A stretch of DNA of 64,000 nucleotides, from IMG/VR virus record IMGVR_UViG_3300031746_000001; one strand, 5' to 3'. The stretch comes from a virus. The translations under genes were made by a program, and so were the position numbers. The notes beneath the pieces were generated by a model. It had not been told where the DNA came from, ran no database searches, and worked only from the letters and a program-made list of their open reading frames with translations. Numbering within the stretch: position 1 is the stretch's first letter; every line of letters starts with the position of its first letter. Shown piece after piece: positions 57,111 to 64,000 of this stretch.

Positions 57111-57452
57111 TTATTCAGCCACGCCCGGTGGTGTGAAAATCAACGTCTCGGCTCCTGCATGTGCGACCTTCGTCTCCTCCGGCAGGACAACGTCTGGGAG
57201 GTCCAGAAGGGCGGCCATCATGGAGATCGTCTTGTCGACGGCGACCTTCTGCTTTTCGATGTGCATGTTGAGCTCCTTGACCTGAGCCAACATGCCCATC
57301 TGACGGAACATCTCCCTCCGGGTCTCGAAGTCCACACAGGACATCCTGGCCTCTTCATACATCTGAAGAAGCGTCCGAACCTTCACAGCTACGGTGAACA
57401 TCTTCTCCGGCATCCGAAACAGGATATTCTCGCCTGGCGTGTTCTCTGACAT
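57111..57452 (-). CDS. Hypothetical protein, first gene after the consensus promoter
   Basis: SD AGGAGG. Confidence 0.65.
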   Translation of the reverse strand: MSENTPGENILFRMPEKMFTVAVKVRTLLQMYEEARMSCVDFETRREMFRQMGMLAQVKELNMHIEKQKVAVDKTISMMAALLDLPDVVLPEETKVAHAGAETLIFTPPGVAE

Positions 57453-57478
57453 CCCTTCCTCCTTATGGTTGGTTGTGT

Positions 57479-57507
57479 ATTATAACGGTTTCCAAAGTAA
57501 TTGTCAA
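57479..57507 (-). promoter_or_regulatory. Perfect sigma70 promoter TTGACA-17-TATAAT
   Basis: -35 at 57502-57507, -10 at 57479-57484. Confidence 0.9.
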
Positions 57508-58739
57508 GATGGCTTAGATTCTATCTTCTCGGGAACGTCGACCTTAGACATCCTGGGCGGCAGTTTCTTCTCGATCTCATCGAAGAGGGCGACCCACTGA
57601 GCCTGAATGTTCTTCCACTCACAGTGCTCCTGGACCCAACGGCGGAGCCTCTGGGCCCTGAGCTCACCCTCCTTCGGATACCGCCAGACCTCCACGATCG
57701 CCTCAGCAAGCTTGTCGATGTCAATGAGAACGTCCTTGAAATTCAGGGCGGAGTCCAGAGGATACCAGTCGGAGTAGTCCACAAGCCATCCCCTCTTGTC
57801 CGCAAGGATTTCCGTCATCGATGCGTAGTTCGTCCCGACCGACGGCCTCCCGGCCATCGCCGCTTCGATCAGAGGAAGCCCCCATCCCTCCCGACCCGAG
57901 GTCAGGACGTGGACGTCCATCATCCCGTAGATTTTGTTGAGCTCCTCCTCTGATGCCATCCTGCTCATGTCGGTTGGATTGGGAACCTTCGAGATGAAGA
58001 GCTCCCCTTTCTTGTAGCCCATGTAGGATGCTAGCTGAACGATATCCAGGCAGTCCTTCGCCACGTCGACGGGCTGGGTGTGAAGCAGGAGCATGGCATT
58101 AGGGATATGCTCCAGGACCTTCCGGAAGGCCCGCATAAGGCGCTCGGGGTGCTTACGTATGCAGTTTCGGAATACCGCTCCCACGATAAACCGGCCCTGG
58201 AAGCCGTTCATGGACTTGAACTCTAGCTTCTTGTCGTCATCGATCACCTTCATCGGCTTGACCCCGTGGTAGATCGTCCGGAGCTTCGGGGCCAGCTCGG
58301 GAAATTCTCCGGCAATAACCTCCCTCGCCCAGTTCGTGAAGAACACGGGGTAGTCGATCTGCTCAACGACGTGCTTGACGTGGAGGGTATGGTTCTCTGA
58401 ATCGATGGCGATATAGGCGGCTACGGGAAGCTCCCGGATCTTCGCCTCGTGGACGGCGTTGTGGCCACGATCGCTCATGAAGTGGGGATCGCCGTAGGTA
58501 AAGACCATGTCGGGGCATATCTTATCCATGTAGCGGGGAATTAACTGCACTCCCCAGTAGTCGATCATCGAAAGGGGATAGCACTTATAAGGCGCCCCCA
58601 CGATCGGGTCCGTCCCATTATAGCTCCAAAAACAGGCGTGGACTTCATGCTTCTTCGAAAGGGCTTCCAGAATCTTGGACCCCTGGGCGGCAAACCCGCT
58701 TCCGATGAACGTGTTCTCCCCGACATACATGATTTTCAT
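57504..58739 (-). CDS. Glycosyltransferase family 4 (GT-B)
   Basis: SGFA, IYHGV, RNCIRK, EGWGLPLIEAAMAGRP; start MKIMYV. Confidence 0.92.
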   Translation of the reverse strand: MKIMYVGENTFIGSGFAAQGSKILEALSKKHEVHACFWSYNGTDPIVGAPYKCYPLSMIDYWGVQLIPRYMDKICPDMVFTYGDPHFMSDRGHNAVHEAKIRELPVAAYIAIDSENHTLHVKHVVEQIDYPVFFTNWAREVIAGEFPELAPKLRTIYHGVKPMKVIDDDKKLEFKSMNGFQGRFIVGAVFRNCIRKHPERLMRAFRKVLEHIPNAMLLLHTQPVDVAKDCLDIVQLASYMGYKKGELFISKVPNPTDMSRMASEEELNKIYGMMDVHVLTSGREGWGLPLIEAAMAGRPSVGTNYASMTEILADKRGWLVDYSDWYPLDSALNFKDVLIDIDKLAEAIVEVWRYPKEGELRAQRLRRWVQEHCEWKNIQAQWVALFDEIEKKLPPRMSKVDVPEKIESKPS

Positions 58740-59317
58740 CGCATCCTCTCTGCGTATAGGCAGTATCCGATCTGTTGGACATTCCCAAACATCGGATTGT
58801 TTTTCACGCTCTCTATGGCCACTCTCGTTGGTCCAGGCCACCAAGCAACAACGTCGTGCAGGATAACCACGCCACCAGAGATAACGTGCGGAACCCAAAG
58901 GTCGAAATCCATCCTGACCGACTCGTATTCATGGTCACCATCGATGAACAAGAGTCCGATCGGACAGCTCGGCATCGAAGCGGACTGCGACGTCGCAACC
59001 ACTTCATGGACTAATTCCTTAACCCCAAACCTCTCGATATTACTACGAAAGGATTGGAGGGTATTCAGCACACCTTCCCGAGCGTGTTCCATCCCACCTT
59101 CATGTGGATCGACAGCGTAGACCGGCACTTTGTTGCCAGACAAAGAACCCTCAGCTAACACCACCGTCGACTTCCCAACCCACGAACCTATCTCTACGAT
59201 ACAAGAACCTGCGGGCACTCTCATCGCAGAGCGGTAGAGCAGTTCGACATCCTCATCGTGAAGCCATCCCGGAATTTCATGTGCGATGCTCTTAATTCGA
59301 GAGCGATCGGCACACAT
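58736..59317 (-). CDS. Class I SAM methyltransferase (Methyltransf_24-like)
   Basis: IVEIGSWVGKST, LLFIDGDHEYE, GGVVILHD. Confidence 0.9.
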   Translation of the reverse strand: MCADRSRIKSIAHEIPGWLHDEDVELLYRSAMRVPAGSCIVEIGSWVGKSTVVLAEGSLSGNKVPVYAVDPHEGGMEHAREGVLNTLQSFRSNIERFGVKELVHEVVATSQSASMPSCPIGLLFIDGDHEYESVRMDFDLWVPHVISGGVVILHDVVAWWPGPTRVAIESVKNNPMFGNVQQIGYCLYAERMR

Positions 59318-59995
59318 CTATTTCCAGAACCTCACGAGAGCCCTGTCTCCCTGCTGTCCGACCGCTTCAAATCTTGAGAAACCAGCCCTCTGTCCCATCT
59401 TTCCGATACAGGCAACCGTAAGCCCCCAGAAGTTCGTGGGGTCGTTATTCAGCTCCCTATCGCTGTAGAAGTATCCGATCGGCTGATCGCCCGGAAAGAC
59501 ATGCCCCTCCAAAACCATGCACTGCCCGGTCACCCTGGCTAACTGACACATGGCCTTGTAGGGGTCCTGGATATGGTAGATCAACCCGAAAGCGAGCACC
59601 AGATCAAACTTGGCATCGCCTAGACCCGACAGATCTTGAGCATCCATATTCATATACTCTATCTGGTCTACGGGTTTCCCCCATATCCTTCTTAGGTCAC
59701 GGGCAACCTCAAACCCCTTCATTCCAGCGGCACTGTGCTGATACGAGTCGACCGCCGTCACCGTAAATCCCCCTTCTCTCAGCCGGAAGGAATGATAGCC
59801 ATCCCATGCCCCGACATCGAGGGCTGTCTTAAAATCATTAGGCGGGATTGAGGTTAGCTTCCAATCGGAAAATCCGAACGGTTCGCATCCGGGCGTCCTG
59901 ATACCCGGATGGACTTCTATCTGTCCCCACCATCGGGGGACGACGGACATTCGCTCATGAACTTCATTTGGGCTTAACATCCCTATCCTCCCCAT
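59318..59995 (-). CDS. Class I SAM methyltransferase
   Basis: ALDVGAWDGYHS, FDLVLAFGLIYH, NNDPTNFW. Confidence 0.88.
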   Translation of the reverse strand: MGRIGMLSPNEVHERMSVVPRWWGQIEVHPGIRTPGCEPFGFSDWKLTSIPPNDFKTALDVGAWDGYHSFRLREGGFTVTAVDSYQHSAAGMKGFEVARDLRRIWGKPVDQIEYMNMDAQDLSGLGDAKFDLVLAFGLIYHIQDPYKAMCQLARVTGQCMVLEGHVFPGDQPIGYFYSDRELNNDPTNFWGLTVACIGKMGQRAGFSRFEAVGQQGDRALVRFWK

Positions 59996-61035
59996 CGGTC
60001 TCTAAAAGGTTCTCTGAAAAACAACGGATCCCGAATCGGTTCTCCTTCATAGGGCTGAACCTCATCGGTTCCAAAGTTTCTAACATACTGCGGATAAAGA
60101 CCGTCGCAGATCACCCGGGCGGCGCATCTCTGACACTTCTCCCCGAACATGCTCGAGGCGACCACTCTGGATGCAAACATATTCAGGACACGCTCCTCCA
60201 CGGAGTCCCCGAAAGCTCTCTCGTTAGTTGCCTGTTTGTCGAGCTCCGCCAATTGACTTGTCATCGTCCCGTAAGCGGAAAAGTATTCCCACTCGTAAGG
60301 GTCATATTGCCACTGCCGGAATCCGCAAACGTGGCCCTCAAAACCCTTCAAGAGACACATCGGGAAGTAGCGGACGTTCACCCAGATCCCGGCCTCATCC
60401 AGAATGGCAATGGCCTCCCTCAATTTGGGCGCCACATCGGAGTGCTTCAGCTGGAAGACGACACCGTTCTTCTCCGACCACTTAGTTCCGGGATGAGGGT
60501 TGAAGCTAATAAAGTTTACGATCCTCGGCTTGATCTGAACGAAGAACTTGGCCAACCGATCGAGATCGGGAACGCAGAATCCGGTCAGCGTCGTGTTCGT
60601 CCGGAAGGGAAACTTCCTCCCGATCAGAGTCTCGATCGTCAACCCGACCTGCGTCCAGGCCATCGGCTTGCTCACCGCTTCACTATGCCTGTCCTGAAAG
60701 CCGTGGATGGACAACAGGACGTCCTCTAACCCATAGCTCTCTATCAGCCCGGCGATCCTCCCGGTCAGAAGCCCGTTCGTGATGATGGTCGGCTTCAATC
60801 CTATATCCGCACAGTGCTTCACCAGGCCCCCGATATCAGGATAGATCGTGGGCTCCCCTCCGGTGATGTCGACGGCCTCGAGCTTAAAGACGTCTCTCAG
60901 CTTCGAGGCTTCAGCCATGACGTCCGCCCTCGTCCTCCAAGCAGGTTCTTTCGTGTCGAAGTAATAACAAAACTTGCACTTGGTATTACATCTCATCGTG
61001 GGATACATCACGCCACGGCGGCCCATTTTCCTCAT
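59983..61035 (-). CDS. Radical SAM protein with C-terminal auxiliary Cys cluster (HxsC-like tail)
   Basis: CNTKCKFC, ITGGEPT, ITNG; FPMC and CQRC.....CDG; start MRKMG. Confidence 0.9.
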   Translation of the reverse strand: MRKMGRRGVMYPTMRCNTKCKFCYYFDTKEPAWRTRADVMAEASKLRDVFKLEAVDITGGEPTIYPDIGGLVKHCADIGLKPTIITNGLLTGRIAGLIESYGLEDVLLSIHGFQDRHSEAVSKPMAWTQVGLTIETLIGRKFPFRTNTTLTGFCVPDLDRLAKFFVQIKPRIVNFISFNPHPGTKWSEKNGVVFQLKHSDVAPKLREAIAILDEAGIWVNVRYFPMCLLKGFEGHVCGFRQWQYDPYEWEYFSAYGTMTSQLAELDKQATNERAFGDSVEERVLNMFASRVVASSMFGEKCQRCAARVICDGLYPQYVRNFGTDEVQPYEGEPIRDPLFFREPFRDRWGG

Positions 61036-61787
61036 GCAAAGACCTCGCCGTTTGGACGGACACCCCAGGTCTGCTCGTATTTCGTGAACAGGGTCATCAG
61101 GCGTCCGGTCTCTTTCCACTTCCTCGTAAACGTGGCTCTGTCAATCATGTCCATTTCACCAGTCCTCCCGGTCTGGTTTATCGTCGCCCCGACTAAATGG
61201 ACAGCTCCCATCGATGGGACATAGTAACTCTCAAGTCCCTTCTCCCATGCCTTGAGACTGAAATCGACCTCCTGGTAGAACTTCCTGTATTCGGCATCGA
61301 ACGCCCCGACCTCCATGAACGCCCTTCGGGTAATCAGGCAAGCCGCACTGGTGACATACATGGAGGCCCGAACATGGTCACTTTCGTCGACCCTGTGGAA
61401 TGGGAAAATCTCTGGCTCCAGCTTAATCACCCCGCCCGCGTGGTGCACAGCTCCCACTTCCGTAATGATCCGGCTTCCAAACACGCCACCTCTCGGCTCC
61501 TGGATCGTCGCATCGATAGCTCTCTTAAACCATAACGGGTCGATAAAACAGTCATCGTCAATAAGCACCAAGGCTTCCGCATCCGATCCCCATCCGATCA
61601 TGATTCGGTTTATTTCTTGGGTGTGGCTGAAAGTTCTGGACCACCCATTATCGCAGATAACCATCCGGCTATCGATATCGTAGTGATCGAGCCCTGCTGT
61701 TCCGAGAGAAACCTTGACCGACTCAATGCACCTCTGAGCGTTCGGGCCTCTAACATCCGGCGTTGGAATAAAGATTACGACTCTCAC
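61032..61787 (-). CDS. Glycosyltransferase family 2
   Basis: LIDDD, VTSAACLI, GAFD, QEVDFS; GTG start at 61787. Confidence 0.88.
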   Translation of the reverse strand: MRVVIFIPTPDVRGPNAQRCIESVKVSLGTAGLDHYDIDSRMVICDNGWSRTFSHTQEINRIMIGWGSDAEALVLIDDDCFIDPLWFKRAIDATIQEPRGGVFGSRIITEVGAVHHAGGVIKLEPEIFPFHRVDESDHVRASMYVTSAACLITRRAFMEVGAFDAEYRKFYQEVDFSLKAWEKGLESYYVPSMGAVHLVGATINQTGRTGEMDMIDRATFTRKWKETGRLMTLFTKYEQTWGVRPNGEVFA

Positions 61788-62302
61788 TATACCTCCCCAT
61801 GCACGAGAGGAGGCCCGTGCCAGATGTTCATTCCGTCCCTCCGGAAAATCCCGCACCGCTCGTTGGGAACGACCGTAGCGAAGCAGACCCGAGCCCAGTA
61901 GGGCATAAAGAGGGCTCCATTCGCGTCGATCTTGCAAAGCATGCGGATCCCGGGGAACGCCTTCGGAGCCTCCGGCTTGATATGGGAATAAGCAGACTCC
62001 GGCGTCGGGGCGAAGGGTACTGCGATCGCAAGGGCATGGGCGAGGTCGGTCGTGTCATCCATATTGATCTTGGCCACAAGGTCGCCCTCCTTCACGAAGG
62101 CGTCGTCTACGAACCCAACCTTCTTCATGCTCTCCGGGAGATCACCTCCATCCTCATTCGGAGGGCCCCACTCATCCCCCTCAAGGAAAAAGACCTCCGT
62201 GTCCTTGATCATCTTGGCAAGGTGTTGTAACGCCTCGGGAGGCGTGAATGCTCCGGTTCCATTCGGGACGACAGAGGAAGCTACGATCGCATCGATCTTC
62301 AT
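61787..62302 (-). CDS. Hypothetical protein
   Basis: Coupled co-oriented ORF. Confidence 0.6.
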   Translation of the reverse strand: MKIDAIVASSVVPNGTGAFTPPEALQHLAKMIKDTEVFFLEGDEWGPPNEDGGDLPESMKKVGFVDDAFVKEGDLVAKINMDDTTDLAHALAIAVPFAPTPESAYSHIKPEAPKAFPGIRMLCKIDANGALFMPYWARVCFATVVPNERCGIFRRDGMNIWHGPPLVHGEV

Positions 62303-62514
62303 GGCCCATAGTCCCGATCTTTGATCTCAGCCTCCATCTCCACGGACATGGTCACGACAAGGATCGGGGACGTCTTGAACTGCTCTCCCGAAACGAGCCC
62401 GCCCCTGGCTGTCTCGACGGCCCTATCGAACCTTCCGGTAAGGTCTTTGGCGAGACTGGCGATTGCCTTCTTCCTCTTGCCGTATTTAATCTTTCCCGAT
62501 ACTTCGACCTTCAT
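62299..62514 (-). CDS. Small hypothetical protein (MKVEVSGK)
   Basis: SD GAGGAGG. Confidence 0.5.
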   Translation of the reverse strand: MKVEVSGKIKYGKRKKAIASLAKDLTGRFDRAVETARGGLVSGEQFKTSPILVVTMSVEMEAEIKDRDYGP

Positions 62515-62644
62515 TTTCCCCTCCTCTTGGGACCCCTCATTCCGATTGCCCTCAAAAGATAAATCGCCTGATGCCACATCCATCCGAGGACGTGGACGAT
62601 CAGTGAGGCGGCCAGGACAGGCCAAAAGACGTTCCAGAAGAAAG

Positions 62645-63094
62645 TCATTGTTTAACCTCCTCTCTTTCTAAGACGCAAAAACGGTCATCCAAAATCTTCG
62701 ACAGGACGGGCTTCACTTCCTTCTCCCAGTCGAGCCGCCCGTTACCGCACCCAGGGCGGGGCAGATAAATGATCGGGATCTCCTTCTCACGGACATGGAC
62801 AGCTAACTGCCGGGCCGACGACTCTATGAGCTTGAGATCGGCCTTCTGCTCCCAGGAGTGCTTCACGGGGAAGGATGCGATCTTGCGATCGTCGAAAAGG
62901 AATACCCGATTGCCGAACATCCGTAGCCGATCCCCGAGCTCGAAGGGAAGCTTAGGGTAGAGCTGAGCGGCCTGCAGGGCCACCCCTCTGCCCATAATGC
63001 AGGCCCCGTCGCGGCGTGTCGCCCCATTGGTTGTGACAACGACCCACTCCCCTTCCCCGTGGCACCGCCAGATGTCTCCCTTAACTTCCAGCAT
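62645..63094 (-). CDS. Macrodomain (ADP-ribose binding/hydrolase, Poa1p/DarG-like)
   Basis: KGDIW, TTNG, MGRGVA, FPVK..W, LPRPGCGNGRLDW. Confidence 0.88.
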   Translation of the reverse strand: MLEVKGDIWRCHGEGEWVVVTTNGATRRDGACIMGRGVALQAAQLYPKLPFELGDRLRMFGNRVFLFDDRKIASFPVKHSWEQKADLKLIESSARQLAVHVREKEIPIIYLPRPGCGNGRLDWEKEVKPVLSKILDDRFCVLEREEVKQ

Positions 63095-63542
63095 GGCTTC
63101 CCAGCACAGCCTTCATGCCAACCGATAGGGCTCCTCCCAAAGCCTTATCGACGGCCACCAAGGCCCTCCCGGGTCCCTGCCTGAGCTTCTCCTGTAGCCC
63201 CGGGATCCGGGAAACGTACCGGAATCCCTGGAAGCCCTTGAACGGGACGGGGAGGGGTAACCACTGCCATTCGTGGTAGCGGACGCACCATGACCCCCTG
63301 TGACCCCAAATTCTGCCTGTCAGGTCGCATTCCTCGGGCTCCTCTAACTGCTCCACGTCGCAGAAGACGACTCCGTAGCCCCGGATGACCCCTCCATCCA
63401 CGAAGTAAACTTTATCTCCCCTCTGGACGTCTGGCCTTCTCGGGAAGACCCTGAACCAGAATCCATTGCCATCAGCGAGCGCCTCCCCCTCCATCTTGGC
63501 GGTCTCGTGCTCGGACTTGGGCGTCGTCACCAGGATATCCAT
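63081..63542 (-). CDS. ASCH/PUA-like domain protein
   Basis: GDKVYF..GVIRG...PVPFKGFQGFRY. Confidence 0.6.
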   Translation of the reverse strand: MDILVTTPKSEHETAKMEGEALADGNGFWFRVFPRRPDVQRGDKVYFVDGGVIRGYGVVFCDVEQLEEPEECDLTGRIWGHRGSWCVRYHEWQWLPLPVPFKGFQGFRYVSRIPGLQEKLRQGPGRALVAVDKALGGALSVGMKAVLGSHAGS

Positions 63543-63940
63543 CAGAACCTCACCTTGCAGAGTCTGACCTCGTAGGTCTTATCGTCCTTGAAATAAACGG
63601 GAAAGGCGTTATACAGCGGAAGGTGGGTCATGTTACAAAGGATGTGGTGGATCACGTGGAAGGGCGTCTCCCCGTCATACGGATTCCAACAGCTGTGCGG
63701 AAGGGCATACCGACCCCAGTGGTCTGGACCCTTCAAAGCATGCAGGACGAGTTTCGAAAGAGAGCAGTAGTTCTCGGCCACGAGCAAAGCGCGTTCCTTC
63801 GATCGCTCCTTCGTTGGTTCGCCTTCGAGATGCCGGGAGCCTCCCAGGTCGGCAAGGTAGTCGTAGTCCCGGAAGTCCGTGATCAAGCATCCGGCTTCCG
63901 TAACGAGCTTCTGGACCATAGACTCAAACGACTTCGGCAC
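63542..63940 (-). CDS. Hypothetical protein
   Basis: Coupled co-oriented ORF. Confidence 0.55.
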   Translation of the reverse strand: MPKSFESMVQKLVTEAGCLITDFRDYDYLADLGGSRHLEGEPTKERSKERALLVAENYCSLSKLVLHALKGPDHWGRYALPHSCWNPYDGETPFHVIHHILCNMTHLPLYNAFPVYFKDDKTYEVRLCKVRF

Positions 63941-64000
63941 ACGCTTCGAGAGATAGGGCGAAAGCGAGAACAGGCAGTAACGGAAATTGACGCTCCGGAA

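Noticed and set aside
103-63890. Long plus-strand ORFs (e.g. 8503-10626, 27061-28155, 13704-14600)
   Set aside because: Antisense shadows of GC3-rich minus-strand genes, with no recognisable motifs.
1-64000. Alternative genetic code (stop-codon reassignment)
   Set aside because: Core genes are full-length under code 11, and TAG, TGA and TAA are all used as stops.

Overview
This 64-kb window is part of a large tailed dsDNA bacteriophage genome, myovirus-type with T4-like (gp17/gp20/gp21/gp23/gp13/gp14/gp18/gp19) morphogenesis genes. Essentially all credible genes are on the minus strand, and sigma70-like promoters plus GGAGG Shine-Dalgarno sites point to a bacterial host. In transcription order (right to left) it holds: ASCH-like and macrodomain genes; a GT2/radical SAM/two methyltransferase/GT4 modification cluster; recombination genes (RecA, Cas4-like nuclease, RuvC, SSB, resolvase-like); ParB-like and terminase genes; about 11 kb of small accessory ORFs with promoter-driven structured ncRNA candidates; portal, protease-scaffold and major capsid (MCP) genes; about 20 small unrelated genes sharing an N-terminal leader; neck, sheath, two tube paralogs, a holin-like gene, a response regulator, frameshifted tail chaperones, a tape measure protein with an SLT domain, and a partial PurD-like ATP-grasp gene. 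Most notable observations: (1) a putative capsid-cargo array whose members share an MxxLLxA(V/I)xxL leader and often an (L/V)-x-(S/N)|A motif also found at the predicted MCP maturation site; (2) a free-standing LAGLIDADG endonuclease inserted in the tail sheath 3' end that carries a synonymously recoded replacement end (12 of 14 codons changed) and leaves the original end downstream; (3) an unlisted 58-aa ORF resembling the mature MCP N-terminus; (4) a 321-aa HNH intein in a 60-aa host protein; (5) dispersed intergenic palindromes and structured ncRNA candidates. All family assignments come from motif recognition by eye; no database searches were run.
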